A stretch of DNA of 61,900 bases. It comes from an uncultured Clostridia bacterium (GTDB lineage Bacteria; Bacillota; Clostridia; Christensenellales; CAG-314). This document shows positions 25,673 through 36,409 of the stretch, piece by piece. Location: positions 1 to 61,900 of the forward strand of contig CAKQXG010000001.1 of NCBI GenBank assembly GCA_934281515.1. Reading direction: 5' to 3'. The position numbers and the translations under genes were made by a program. The notes below the pieces were generated by a model. The model saw only the letters and a program-made list of their open reading frames with translations. It did not search any database and was not told where the DNA came from. Position 1 is the first letter of the stretch. Every line of letters begins with the position of its first letter.

Positions 25673-27133
25673 TTACTTTCCGAAATACGTCTGCATCACT
25701 TCGTACAGCACTCCGGTTTTGTCGTAACCGCCGTGGTTGGCGGCATTGCCCGTGCCTACCTTACTCCAACAATCGAGTATTTGCTCGTAACTATCCTTGG
25801 TGACGTCCGTTTTCAATTGCCCGTCGCCGAGATTCATCTGATCGACATACAATCCCCACGACGTATCCCAGTAGCCTACCGAAGCCGCTTTGTAACTCCA
25901 CACCGTCCAACCGTAGCCGCGACGATCGTACTCGGCAAGCCATTGTGCCCAATGCTCCTTGTTGTCGAAAAAGGTAAATTCACCGATAAACATCGGCACA
26001 TCGTACGAGCTGAAACTGTGCGTAAGGTCCTGAGCAAGGTAAAACATCTCGTAACTGATGATGTTGTTGTTCCAATTGTACATGTGTACCTGGTACATCA
26101 CGTTGTCCCACCCGAACAACGACGGGTCCAGACAACTGCCCAGCATCCAACAAAACTCTACCGACACAATATGGTTATCTACGTCCACCGCACGTACGGC
26201 CTTGTACAACTTGTCCATCACTTCGGCTTGTTTGCGCGTGGTACCGGGAGTGTTGCGGTCGACAGGTTCGTTGATAAGGTCATATGCCGCAATTGTCTGC
26301 GACAGGTCGCGCCGCGTGGTTGCGTAACGTTCGGCAATGGTCGCCCACAGCGTTGCCATCGTGTCCTGGTACTCGGTGTTACTCCAAAAGTCGATACTGC
26401 GCGTACCGCTGTGTTCGTAACCGCTTTGACCGCCCAACACGCCGTGCATGTCCAGTATTGCATACAAATCGTTAGCCTTGCACTGATCCAAAAACCAATC
26501 CAGGCGAGTGTACCAGTCGGACTTCATCGTCCACTTACCGTCGTCGCCCTGTTGCATAAAGTTACCGAAGTACATCGGCAAACGTATCACGTTGAAACCG
26601 ATATTTTTTACATTGACAAAGTCGGCTTCCTGTATGTAATTGTCCTGGTACACCTTGACAAGTTCCGCCGCTTTGTCCGCACCGAAACGCTCCGCAAGAG
26701 TCGCAAGTTCCTCGGAGTAGTAGCTTTCCTTGTAGCCTTCGACAATGCCGTCCTCGTTGACATTGGCATAACCGCCGTCCTTGTCTAGCGTAGGTCCCAC
26801 TCCGTGAGTACACATCCACGCCTCTGTGATAAGCCAATTCCCGAAATTGATACCTTGCAACTTTACCCTGTTGCCTGCATGGTCGTAAATGCCGCGTCCA
26901 TTGGCACGCAACGGTTGTTCGGCAGAAGCAGACTTCCACGTAATGTGGTCGGGAATTTCGTCGTAGTAGTTGGCGGCAAATACTTTGGTTTTTGCAACCA
27001 ACGCGCCAAACACGATTGCAAGCACAAGTATCACAATACCTACGATAGCCAATGTGCGCACCCACCACGGCATTTTGCGCCTGACAGTCGCGCCACCGTT
27101 TGCGACAACGCTTTCGGTAATTTGTTCTGACAT
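25673..27133 (-). CDS. glycoside hydrolase family 5, membrane-anchored
   Basis: GFNVIRLP, and LINEP (acid/base Glu). GEFTFF is the nucleophile Glu context. There is an N-terminal TM segment. SD GGAGGAAAAG precedes the ATG at 27133. Confidence 0.75.
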   Translation of the reverse strand: MSEQITESVVANGGATVRRKMPWWVRTLAIVGIVILVLAIVFGALVAKTKVFAANYYDEIPDHITWKSASAEQPLRANGRGIYDHAGNRVKLQGINFGNWLITEAWMCTHGVGPTLDKDGGYANVNEDGIVEGYKESYYSEELATLAERFGADKAAELVKVYQDNYIQEADFVNVKNIGFNVIRLPMYFGNFMQQGDDGKWTMKSDWYTRLDWFLDQCKANDLYAILDMHGVLGGQSGYEHSGTRSIDFWSNTEYQDTMATLWATIAERYATTRRDLSQTIAAYDLINEPVDRNTPGTTRKQAEVMDKLYKAVRAVDVDNHIVSVEFCWMLGSCLDPSLFGWDNVMYQVHMYNWNNNIISYEMFYLAQDLTHSFSSYDVPMFIGEFTFFDNKEHWAQWLAEYDRRGYGWTVWSYKAASVGYWDTSWGLYVDQMNLGDGQLKTDVTKDSYEQILDCWSKVGTGNAANHGGYDKTGVLYEVMQTYFGK

Positions 27134-27251
27134 TTTCTTTTCCTCCGTCGGGTGTACAATATTGTACAACTTAACCGATATATTGTAACACACCGTGCGA
27201 AAAAATTCAACACGTATACAAAACTTTGTGTTGCGATACAACGATTTTGTA

Positions 27252-27294
27252 CAAAAACAAGCAAACAAGCCCCGCAAAACAAGTTGCAGGGCTT
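27252..27294 (-). terminator. rho-independent terminator after pepF
   Basis: Minus strand: AAGCCCTGCAA-loop-TTGCGGGGCTT followed by GTTTGCTTGTTTTTGT. Confidence 0.6.
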
Positions 27295-27379
27295 TGTAAA
27301 GACAACGAAATTTGTTACATAACGTAAATCTTGTGCAAATTTGCTATAAATTTTACTTTGAGTGCGTCGATACGAGTGA

Positions 27380-29167
27380 CTACTTGGTCAACTCTTCCAA
27401 TTGATTCAAAGTTTCCTCGAAGGACTTTGCCACAATGCGGAAAGGCTCTTCCGTGGTAAGGTCAACGCCGGCAACTTTCAGTTCGGACACGGGATCCATA
27501 CTGCCGCCGAGACCGAGGAATTTGCGATATGCCGCAAGTGCGGGTGCGCCTTCATGCAGAATCTTTTCGGCTATGCACACTGCGGAAATGATGCCCGTAG
27601 CGTACTTGTACACGTAAAACGCGCGATAGAAGTGCGGAATACGCGCCCACTCGTACTTGATCTCTTCGTTGTGGTTGACGGCTTCGCCGTAGTACAGTTT
27701 GTTGAGTTCCAGATACTTGTCGCACAGCGCTGCAGTAGTAAACGGCTCTCCCTTTTCCACCATGTCGTGGGAGATTTGTTCAAACTCGGCAAACATTGTC
27801 TGACGATACATTGTGGTACGCAACATATCAAGGTAGTACTGCAACAAATATTTCTTGACGGCGGGGTCGGTTTCTGTTTTAAGCAGATACTTGAGTAACA
27901 ACACTTCGTTGCAGGTGCTGGCGACCTCGGCGACAAAAATCTTGTAGTCGGATTTTGCCGCAGGTTGAGTCAACTCGCTGTAGTAACTGTGCATGCTGTG
28001 TCCCATCTCGTGAGCAATGGTAAAGATGTCGTGAGTCGTCTTTTGGTAGTTGAGCAACATGTAGGGATGTACGCCCTTTACGCCCATACTGTATGCGCCG
28101 CTCTTCTTGGTGGGAGTTTCGCACACGTCGATCCAACGCTCGGCAAAGGCTTTGCGTACCACCGCAAGATAGTCATCGCCAAGAGGAGCCAATCCTTTAA
28201 GCACCAGTTCGCAAGCCTCTTCGTACTCGCAGGAGATGTCGGCGTCCTCGAAAATGGACACGTACAGATCGTACATGTTGAGCGTTTCCACACCCATCAA
28301 CTTTTTGCGCAGTGCAACGTAGCGATGCAGAGGTGCCAACGCTTCGTGCGTGCATTTGATAAGATTGTCGTACACGGCCTTGTCCACATGTTCGTAAAAC
28401 AAAGCCATTTCCATAGAGGAAGCGAAGTGTCTTGCCTCGGCACGGAACCAGTCGGCTTTAACGCTGCCCTCGTAAATGCCCGTAAGGGTGTTGATTACGT
28501 CGGTGTACCCCTTGTAGTAGTTTTCAAACGCAAGTTTGCGAACTGCTTGGTCCTTGTTTTGCAACAGCATGCTGTACGTGCCGTGACCGAGTTGCACTTC
28601 TTCGCCGTTGACTGTGATCTTGGGGAAGTGAATATCGCCGCTGTCCATGCGGTTGAATATTTCGTGGAATTGTCCCGAGAAACTGCCTACCTTTGCCATC
28701 AACTTTTCTTCAACTGCGGACAGGATGTGTGCTTTGCCTTCCAGCAGGTTGGTAAGAGTCACATCGTAGTCGGCAAAGTCGGGGTCGGCAATGAGAATTT
28801 TTAGTTGCTCGTCGGGCAATGCGGACACTTCCGGCGAGAAAAAGCTCGTAGCTTCGTCATACTTGGTGATAAGTCCGTATATCTTGCCAAAACGACCTTG
28901 GCGCACAGAATCCTGACTGTCCTCGTTGTAAGCCATGTATGCGTAGCAGTACAGTTGTTCCAACTTGAGTTCCAACTCGTCGGACAACTTGAAGAAGGCA
29001 AGCAGTTTGTCACGATCGGCAAGTTTGCCCTTGAAGTCGGCAAGTTGCAGGTACTCGGCGGACAGTTGGGTAAATGCCTCCTCCCACAGTTCGGGCGTGG
29101 CAAAGATATCGCCGAGGTTCCAGGTATATTTTTCGGGAATTTCGTTTCTGTTGTTGTAAGTGGTCAT
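27380..29167 (-). CDS. pepF: oligoendopeptidase F (M3B metallopeptidase)
   Basis: HEMGHSMH zinc motif. Length and N-terminus are typical of PepF. Confidence 0.85.
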   Translation of the reverse strand: MTTYNNRNEIPEKYTWNLGDIFATPELWEEAFTQLSAEYLQLADFKGKLADRDKLLAFFKLSDELELKLEQLYCYAYMAYNEDSQDSVRQGRFGKIYGLITKYDEATSFFSPEVSALPDEQLKILIADPDFADYDVTLTNLLEGKAHILSAVEEKLMAKVGSFSGQFHEIFNRMDSGDIHFPKITVNGEEVQLGHGTYSMLLQNKDQAVRKLAFENYYKGYTDVINTLTGIYEGSVKADWFRAEARHFASSMEMALFYEHVDKAVYDNLIKCTHEALAPLHRYVALRKKLMGVETLNMYDLYVSIFEDADISCEYEEACELVLKGLAPLGDDYLAVVRKAFAERWIDVCETPTKKSGAYSMGVKGVHPYMLLNYQKTTHDIFTIAHEMGHSMHSYYSELTQPAAKSDYKIFVAEVASTCNEVLLLKYLLKTETDPAVKKYLLQYYLDMLRTTMYRQTMFAEFEQISHDMVEKGEPFTTAALCDKYLELNKLYYGEAVNHNEEIKYEWARIPHFYRAFYVYKYATGIISAVCIAEKILHEGAPALAAYRKFLGLGGSMDPVSELKVAGVDLTTEEPFRIVAKSFEETLNQLEELTK

Positions 29168-29418
29168 ACTATCGCTCCTTTTTTGTCCGAAGGGCGCGTC
29201 GCCCCTTGCCAGGCCTTTCGCCGGGCAACTAAAGACAAATATAAGTAAAGTATATTACTTTTGTCCGATTTAGTCAACAGAAATGCGCAAGGCAATGTTG
29301 AAGAGTGTACATAGCGCGAGAAATACAGAACTGCAAGTCAAATGTGTCAATAAAACGAAATATTGTTTGCATTCGGCAAAATTTGCGACAAAACAATTAC
29401 GGATTATTGCAAATACGC

Positions 29419-29457
29419 AAAAAAAACAGACCGAATCCACAAAGGGATTTCGGTCTG
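29419..29457 (-). terminator. rho-independent terminator after sleB-ypeB
   Basis: Minus strand: CAGACCGAAATCCC-loop-GGATTCGGTCTG followed by TTTTTTTT. Confidence 0.75.
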
Positions 29458-29513
29458 TCTGCATATTTATGCAATGCTTATCGATTTATGCGCACGGTAA
29501 AGTTTGGCATTCG

Positions 29514-30848
29514 CTAAATTACCGTAAAGCCTTCGGTGTTTTGTATTACCTTAAAGATATTGATTTCTTCGCCCGTAGTGCTGTCTACATACACGTAATA
29601 TTGACGGCCTGCGCGAGCGCACTCGAATTGCCAACAAGCATATATTTTACCGTTGCGTTCCACAAGGGCACGAGCCGTTGTAGTCACCGTCAAACCGCTG
29701 TCAAGGTTGGCACGAGCGTCACTTTCCGAGACACTGCCAAACGCAACAGGCTTAGTGTCGCGGTTGGTAAGATAGGCTTTCGCCTCCATGCCGACAACAT
29801 TGCCGTTACCGTCCACCGCCACTTTGATGAGTTGCGGATAGACAATCATGTCGTCGATTACGGGAGCGCAATTGACGTAGGTTACATAGTCGGCTGTTTT
29901 ACTGACCCACACGCCCTTGACGTCGTAACCGAGTTTTGCACAAAACTCTTCGGCTGCCGTCACCGCTTTGTCGCGGGCAATATTGCCCGTTTCGCCGTCT
30001 GTGTAGTTGTCATACTCCACGATGTTGCCGTCGGTAGTCGTGGTTACGCGTCCGATATCGGTGTCAAACACGTAAAGAACGTTTTCACCGTTTAAAGTAG
30101 ACACATACGTTGCTTTAGCAAATGTTTTTGTCACTTTTGCAGCACAGTCTTTGACAGACAGCTTACCGTGCGTAGGTATTACCTTGTTTTGCACAGAGTC
30201 GGAAAACGGCCCGTCGTAAATCAACTTTTCGTAAGCAAATGCACGTTCGTCGACATCGGCAAGACTGTCCGACAATGCACCCACACCGTAGTTGCCCGTG
30301 CCGTTTGTCATAAACATACCACTGTCAGATGTGGCGTACGCCTGCAAAAAGTCGTACATATTGGTTGCCACGTTGTCAAGATTGTCGAGGCACTTTTTTT
30401 CTTCGGCAGTCAAGCCCTGCCCGTTGGCAAGTCGTCCGACAAGATACTGAGCATAGTCCTGCGTCTGGTTGACAAACTTGCCGCAAGCCATCAGCTTGTC
30501 ACTTGCTTCGATCGGCAGATTGGCAAACTGTTGGTTGACGGAACTTGCGCACACAACTACGTTTGTAAGCAACTTTGCCTGTGTTGCGGCGTGGTTGGAC
30601 GCCGTCGCCTTACCAAGGTTTGCGTCAAGGTTTTTCATGCCGTCGCACGCAAGATACAGTGACTGACGGTAGGTGTTTTCGCGAGAAATCTTGTACGAAT
30701 TATCGTCGCTTACCGCCGACATATTTATACGATCGATTTTCTGCGCGGACGTGATGCCGACATACGCCGCAACGGCTATCGCAAGGGCGGCAATCACTGC
30801 AAAAAACGCTATCCAAAATGTTTTTATTTGTTGTTTGGTATTTATCAT
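29514..30848 (-). CDS. ypeB: germination protein YpeB (PepSY-domain)
   Basis: It has an N-terminal TM segment. Its position directly downstream of sleB, its length, and its C-terminal PepSY-like repeats all fit YpeB. Confidence 0.7.
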   Translation of the reverse strand: MINTKQQIKTFWIAFFAVIAALAIAVAAYVGITSAQKIDRINMSAVSDDNSYKISRENTYRQSLYLACDGMKNLDANLGKATASNHAATQAKLLTNVVVCASSVNQQFANLPIEASDKLMACGKFVNQTQDYAQYLVGRLANGQGLTAEEKKCLDNLDNVATNMYDFLQAYATSDSGMFMTNGTGNYGVGALSDSLADVDERAFAYEKLIYDGPFSDSVQNKVIPTHGKLSVKDCAAKVTKTFAKATYVSTLNGENVLYVFDTDIGRVTTTTDGNIVEYDNYTDGETGNIARDKAVTAAEEFCAKLGYDVKGVWVSKTADYVTYVNCAPVIDDMIVYPQLIKVAVDGNGNVVGMEAKAYLTNRDTKPVAFGSVSESDARANLDSGLTVTTTARALVERNGKIYACWQFECARAGRQYYVYVDSTTGEEINIFKVIQNTEGFTVI

Positions 30849-30863
30849 TGTCCTTGCCCCCTG

Positions 30864-31562
30864 CTAGATACAAAATATGTGCTTGCCGATTGTAACAATC
30901 TGCTTGCGCGACCAAATCCACTTGCTTGTGGCAGTTGCAGGGTTGAAGTAGTACAGTGCGCCGCCGCTGGGATCCCATCCGTTGAGAGCGTCTTGTGCCG
31001 CGCGAGTACATTCGTCGTTGGTCCCGAGATTGATTTGCCCGTCGGACACGCAAGTAAACGCGCCGTTTTGGTAAATGACTCCGCTTATCGTGTTGGGAAA
31101 ACTGCTGCTTGCCACACGATTGAGTATCACCGCGCCGACAGCCACTTTACCGGTGTAACTTTCTCCGCGAGCCTCGCCGTAAATACAGCAACTGAGCAGG
31201 TACAAATCACTGTTGTTTACATTGTTTGCCGTTGTTGTGCCGCTACTTTGCGTACCGCCCGACAGCGAAATACCCATTGCTTTTGCCGTTGCCGAGCCGA
31301 CAATACCGTCTGCGGTCAAGCCGTTTTTGCGTTGAAAGTACTGCACGGCTTTTTTGGTTTGCGCGCCGAAAATACCGTCCACGCTGCCCGTGTAGTAACC
31401 CCAGCGTTTGAGCTTGGTTTGTATGGTGCGTACAGTCTGTCCGCTACTGCCTTGTTTGACGACCGCGCCGTTTGCGGTAACGCCGAAAGCAACCAACAAT
31501 GCAAATAGGGTAAGCACAGCCAAAGCAAGCGCGACCAATTTGACAGTTTTTGTTGTAGTCAC
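30864..31562 (-). CDS. sleB: spore cortex-lytic enzyme SleB
   Basis: A PG-binding domain (GSSGQTVRTIQTKLKRWGYYTGSVDGIFGAQTKKAVQYFQRKNGLTADGIVG) is followed by the hydrolase_2 motif (GEARGESYTGKVAVGAVILNR). GTG start after GGAGG. Confidence 0.85.
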   Translation of the reverse strand: MTTTKTVKLVALALAVLTLFALLVAFGVTANGAVVKQGSSGQTVRTIQTKLKRWGYYTGSVDGIFGAQTKKAVQYFQRKNGLTADGIVGSATAKAMGISLSGGTQSSGTTTANNVNNSDLYLLSCCIYGEARGESYTGKVAVGAVILNRVASSSFPNTISGVIYQNGAFTCVSDGQINLGTNDECTRAAQDALNGWDPSGGALYYFNPATATSKWIWSRKQIVTIGKHIFCI

Positions 31563-31619
31563 AAAAAATCCTCCTTTTTGTGGCTAGTATGCCGCAACTA
31601 TCAAAAATAATGCGGAGCA

Positions 31620-32156
31620 CTACTTGTGTTCCGCAAAAAATTTGTTTATTATTTCCACCAACAACGACCGATAGGTTATGCCGTTAGTACCGTTGTTTTC
31701 GCCACCGACAAAGCACAACGGCGGATACACGACACACCACCAATTGTTACCTCTGCCACTGCCAAGGTTCAGTATAAGCGCGTCGTATATTCCACTTTGC
31801 AAAGTTAAATTACCGTAAGTGCGACACGGAAAGTTTTCTTGTCTCAACTCGGCATGGCACGTGTAGTCGAAACCTTCGGCATCCAGTACTTTGTTTGCGA
31901 CCTGTTCCAAGTCTCGCAGATGAGCACGAACAACTTTTTCAGCCGCACGTTTGTCGCCTGCGTAAGCAAGGTATGGAGTAAGGTATTCCACGACAGCCGC
32001 CTTGACCTTGTATTTGACTTCCTGCGCCGACTGTTCGTTGCTGTCGGCACGGATATGTATGCGCAAATAGTCGGCGTTTTGTTGCGGTGCGGGAGCAAGA
32101 CAACACAAACACACGACGAACACCAACAAACCGCACACAACCGCAATACGTTTCAT
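31620..32156 (-). CDS. spoIIR: stage II sporulation protein R
   Basis: LRIHIRADSNEQSAQEVKYKV... and NWWCVVYPPLCF. The start is set at MKRIAVV. Confidence 0.8.
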   Translation of the reverse strand: MKRIAVVCGLLVFVVCLCCLAPAPQQNADYLRIHIRADSNEQSAQEVKYKVKAAVVEYLTPYLAYAGDKRAAEKVVRAHLRDLEQVANKVLDAEGFDYTCHAELRQENFPCRTYGNLTLQSGIYDALILNLGSGRGNNWWCVVYPPLCFVGGENNGTNGITYRSLLVEIINKFFAEHK

Positions 32157-32334
32157 ACCACACCGCCTTCGGGCAAGCCTTCCCGCGCTTGCCAATCATT
32201 GAATTACAGTGTAGATTGTGAGCCGAATACAGGTTGTTTAACGACAAAATGCAGTAAAATTTTGCATACGTATGTCGAATTTTAAGAAAAATACCTTCCC
32301 GTATATAGAGAAGGCAAAAAACGAAATATCGATT

Positions 32335-33183
32335 TCAGACAATTTCCACTCCGTGCGGCACGTCTGCAACGACCGTCGAGCGGAAACCTGCACGGCAAAA
32401 AATTTCGCACATTTCCCGCGCTTGTTGTTTGTTGCAGGCAGGCACGAAATAAGCGCTGCCGCTACCGGTCATCACGGGAGACAATTCTCTGCTTTGGGCA
32501 AAAAACAGAAACGGCTCGGCATATTCTGTAAGCCGTGTCACACTTGACTGCAAGCCGTTACTCATCCCGGCACACGCCTCGGTCTGCCTGCCGTTTTGCA
32601 AACAGCGAACAAGTTTATCGTTATCGGAGCTGTCGCCGCCCACATCGTCGAAAATGCGGTAAATGACGGCTGTGTCGCACGACGTATCGAACGTCGTCAA
32701 CATGTACCACATCGGCTTTGCCGCAGAAAAGGGTTCAACGATCTCGCCGCAACCGCCTACGCGAGCATAGCCGCCGCACATCATATACCACACATCGCTA
32801 CCTACGCTTACGGCAATCTGTCGCAACTTGTCGCTGTCTTTCGGAACGTCGTAAAGATTTGCCAATCCGACAAGTACCGCCGCAGCATCGGCAGAAGAAC
32901 CGCCCATGCCTGCGCCAAACGGTATTCCCTTTGAGATGGCAATATCTGCCCCACCCACGTCAAACAATTCAGAAAAACGCACAGCCGCCTTATAAGCGGT
33001 GTTGTCGTATGAAGCAACACAGTCCACACCGTCGACGGTGACAACTTTGTCGGCACGCGGAGACAAAACAACTTCGTCAAACACGTCGACAGAAGTCATT
33101 ACACTGTCAATCAGGTGCATGTTGCCGCGTTTGCCCACCACGTTAAGCGACAGATTCAGTTTTGCATATGCGCGCAGTTTCAT
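32335..33183 (-). CDS. ispE: 4-diphosphocytidyl-2-C-methyl-D-erythritol kinase
   Basis: MKLRAYAKLNLSLNV and the GHMP motif GIPFGAGMGGSSADAAA. Confidence 0.85.
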   Translation of the reverse strand: MKLRAYAKLNLSLNVVGKRGNMHLIDSVMTSVDVFDEVVLSPRADKVVTVDGVDCVASYDNTAYKAAVRFSELFDVGGADIAISKGIPFGAGMGGSSADAAAVLVGLANLYDVPKDSDKLRQIAVSVGSDVWYMMCGGYARVGGCGEIVEPFSAAKPMWYMLTTFDTSCDTAVIYRIFDDVGGDSSDNDKLVRCLQNGRQTEACAGMSNGLQSSVTRLTEYAEPFLFFAQSRELSPVMTGSGSAYFVPACNKQQAREMCEIFCRAGFRSTVVADVPHGVEIV

Positions 33184-33220
33184 ATGGCAATTATACCACA
33201 ACACTGCGCGCATGGCAACA

Positions 33221-34687
33221 CTATATTCTGTTAAATATCACCACTCTAGTATCTTCTTCAAGCGGAGTAGTCAGCGTCGGATTGTTGGCAACAAGATCGG
33301 CTTCGGACATATGCAGGGTTTTGGCAAGGTTCCACAACGTGTCGCCTTTTTTGGCAAGGCACACTTCTATCGCCGCACGCTCACTGTTGTCATACGGTTT
33401 TTCTTCCACCGACGAAATCACGCCAAAGCTGACGTTTTTACCACCTACGATATCCGCCCACAACTGCACGCGCAATCCGTTACCGCGCTCGGCAACCACT
33501 TCGCCAACGGCAACGCTGGCGCCGCAAGTACAGTCGGGACTTATATACGGCACGTCGAACGTCTCGGCAAAAGGCAATTCCTTTGTTTCTCCGCGGAAGC
33601 CGACTTCGCCGTCCGCTTTGTACAGCAATGTTGCCGTCACGTAGCCTTCCACGGTTACGGTTTTGTCGCCGCCCTTGCACGCCGTTACCGTTGCGCCTAC
33701 GTTTACAGCGCCGACAAGTCCGTCGTCTGCAGAAAAACCGAGTTTTCGTTCTTCGTGCGTACTGCCGCAAGGCAACGTCGTCTCTACCGTGGCACGCTCG
33801 GCGATGTAGTCGCACGTGGTCGAATACAGATCGGTAACGATGTCCACGGGTTGTACAACCGTAGCTTCGATTTGCATTTCGGCTTGCATTTCCAGCGAGA
33901 AGGCAGTATTGCCACCTTCGTCGGAGATATCCAGACGCACCTTGGTCGCCTTTATTGTTGCTGCAAAATTAAGTTGTTGCTCGGCATTGATGTCGGGCGC
34001 GTCCAGCTCTCTCGTCCAACCGAACGGAAAGTTGTCAACTACAAGATTGCCTTCCGACATATACGTAAGCCGCCCCACGCCGTTGCCGCTGACGGTCAAC
34101 ACGCCGTCCGACACAGAATAGTCAGTAACTTCCAGGCGACTTTCGGCAAGCAACACCGACGAAATAGTTGCCGACGATGTAAGCTCCCTGTCCACGGTAA
34201 ACGGAATACGCAACACGTTAGCATAGGTCATGGCTTCTACCTTGTCGGTTTTGACAAACACGTCTTCGCCGCCGACCACGTAAGTGGTATTGTCAGACAC
34301 ATACCCGTATGCGCGCACCTCGGACAAAATATTGATTGTCGCGGTATTGGCATTGGTCTCCACGTTGGTGTCGACGGTGATTACTTCAAATACGATTTTG
34401 TCTCCGCTACCAAGTCGCTCGGTAGTGACGGAAGAAGCAAAGTCTGCGCCAAAGTTGGCACTTTGCAGGCTAGTACCGTCCGAATAAAGCAGTTTAACTG
34501 TCGTTTTGCCGTAAAAAGTGATTTCCTTTCCCGAAATGTCGTAACCTGACACGACGTTGTCAACGCCTACCGAAACAACATCCGCAATCTCGTTGCGCAC
34601 CGACACACGCACGCTTTGTGCGGTTTGTGTTTTACCGAGAAACCTTTTTGCCACAAATGTTTTGTTGTCGTAATCGATGTTTGCCAT
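33221..34687 (-). CDS. DUF3794-like repeat protein with a C-terminal LysM domain
   Basis: The C-terminal LysM is GDTLWNLAKTLHMSEADLVANNP. The start at 34687 follows GGAGGTAAAT. The DUF3794 assignment rests on the pattern and the conserved position next to ispE. Confidence 0.55.
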   Translation of the reverse strand: MANIDYDNKTFVAKRFLGKTQTAQSVRVSVRNEIADVVSVGVDNVVSGYDISGKEITFYGKTTVKLLYSDGTSLQSANFGADFASSVTTERLGSGDKIVFEVITVDTNVETNANTATINILSEVRAYGYVSDNTTYVVGGEDVFVKTDKVEAMTYANVLRIPFTVDRELTSSATISSVLLAESRLEVTDYSVSDGVLTVSGNGVGRLTYMSEGNLVVDNFPFGWTRELDAPDINAEQQLNFAATIKATKVRLDISDEGGNTAFSLEMQAEMQIEATVVQPVDIVTDLYSTTCDYIAERATVETTLPCGSTHEERKLGFSADDGLVGAVNVGATVTACKGGDKTVTVEGYVTATLLYKADGEVGFRGETKELPFAETFDVPYISPDCTCGASVAVGEVVAERGNGLRVQLWADIVGGKNVSFGVISSVEEKPYDNSERAAIEVCLAKKGDTLWNLAKTLHMSEADLVANNPTLTTPLEEDTRVVIFNRI

Positions 34688-35113
34688 ATTTACCTCCGCT
34701 GTACGGTTGTTAATCATCATATAATATGTCACACGGTCAGACAATATAACTCCGTCGGCAAGTCCGACCAATATACAGACCGTTATTTATTGCCGATAAT
34801 CCCGATTACAGCCAGGATTATTGGTAGATATAATACGTTCGCTTGCTTTCCGCAATACGATTTTCCGAAAGATACCGTTTTACAAGAATCTTTTTTATTT
34901 GTGAAATTTTTTCAAATTTTTCGTTTGTTCAATGATATTTTAAGGTACAATACGTACAATAAGGGCGTAAAAGGGAACGCGGTATTATCTCCTCCCGCGT
35001 TCGGGTCCATCTCACCCGAACCCTTTACACATTTTTTCTCCTCTTTGATCGTTGGCACGTCGAACCGCACACTCGGCGTGCCGGACGACCAAAAAGCTAC
35101 GGAGGCGATATAA

Positions 35114-36160
35114 TTGAAGAAGTCTTACAAGTTGATAATTTCAGCTGTATGCATGCTGTTGGTAATTGCGCTAGCCGCTGTGTTTGGCGGTTGTTCGCTA
35201 GGTGACTACATTATCTCAGGCAACGGCAATGGCAGCTACGGCGACTACACTCAAGTAAACCTTAATCTGGGCAATTTCAGCAATGACGACGAAGGCGCGT
35301 CCACCGAAAAGGTTGCGGCGGTTGCCATGACGGCAACATACGTTGTCAATTGCCAGATAACATTCAGCTATACAAGCCAATCGATGGGTTGGCCGTACGG
35401 CGGAATCTACTCCAAGACGGAAACTGGCAAGTCGTCGGCAGGCGGCACCGGCTTTGTGATTAGCAAAGATGGTTACATGATAACCAATGCCCACGTAATA
35501 AACGTGGAAGACTGGTCGGACTACAAAAACTTTGAAATTGTCTCGCGCGAAATACGCGTGGCTCGCGAAGGATTCGACGAAAGCTACACCTGTACGATAA
35601 TTGCTTACAACGAGCAACTTGACCTTGCACTGCTCAAGATTGACACCAACGGCAAAGACGTAACGTTCAACAATTACCTGCCTTTTTACCGGTTTGGCGA
35701 AACGGCAACCGATGACACCGACACGTTGCACTACGGCGAAACAGCCATTGCAGTTGGCAATGCCAACGGATACGGCATCAGCGTTACAAAGGGCGTTGTA
35801 TCCTCACCGTTGCGCAAGTTCCAAAACAGCGACGGCACCATTACACAGGCAATACAGACCGACGCCGCAATCAACCCCGGCAATTCCGGCGGACCGTTAC
35901 TTAATGCATTTGCCGCAGTTATCGGCGTAAACAGCTTTAAAATCGTAACGACCAACACCGAAAACATGGGCTACGCCATCCCCGCATATGTCGTGACGGA
36001 CTTTATCGACAGCCTTGTTGACGGCACTTACGACACGGCGAACACCACATCGGCAACACACGGCGAGGCATTCAGCGGCAAAGTCGACGGACTTGTTTAC
36101 TATGTGGCAACTACACGCGCATACACCGCAGACAGTAGCAATATCGTTGCCTGCAACTAG
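35114..36160 (+). CDS. trypsin-like serine protease (S1C/HtrA-like, no obvious PDZ), membrane- or lipid-anchored
   Basis: Catalytic triad contexts are TNAHV, DLALLKI and GNSGGPL. TTG start after GGAGG. N-terminal signal with GGCS. Confidence 0.8.
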   Translation: MKKSYKLIISAVCMLLVIALAAVFGGCSLGDYIISGNGNGSYGDYTQVNLNLGNFSNDDEGASTEKVAAVAMTATYVVNCQITFSYTSQSMGWPYGGIYSKTETGKSSAGGTGFVISKDGYMITNAHVINVEDWSDYKNFEIVSREIRVAREGFDESYTCTIIAYNEQLDLALLKIDTNGKDVTFNNYLPFYRFGETATDDTDTLHYGETAIAVGNANGYGISVTKGVVSSPLRKFQNSDGTITQAIQTDAAINPGNSGGPLLNAFAAVIGVNSFKIVTTNTENMGYAIPAYVVTDFIDSLVDGTYDTANTTSATHGEAFSGKVDGLVYYVATTRAYTADSSNIVACN

Positions 36161-36250
36161 ATTTTGCGACAAGGGACAACAAAGTCGCCCCTCATAAGAC
36201 GAGCGGCATTGCTGAAACTTGCGATACTACACATATTTTTCTCTTCCTCC

Positions 36251-36285
36251 GAAAACGGGGTCAGCCAAAGCTGACCCCGTTTTCT
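36251..36285. terminator. bidirectional rho-independent terminator
   Basis: GAAAACGGGGTCAGC-caaa-GCTGACCCCGTTTTC. Confidence 0.75.
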
Positions 36286-36409
36286 CATGTGTAAGTGTAA
36301 TTTGTTTATATAACGTTACCTGTGTTGTGTAGCGAAAAGACGGCTTACATGCTCTGTTAAAACTCCGAATGTAAGTTTCGTCATCTTTAATCGATTTACA
36401 TTGCAGACA

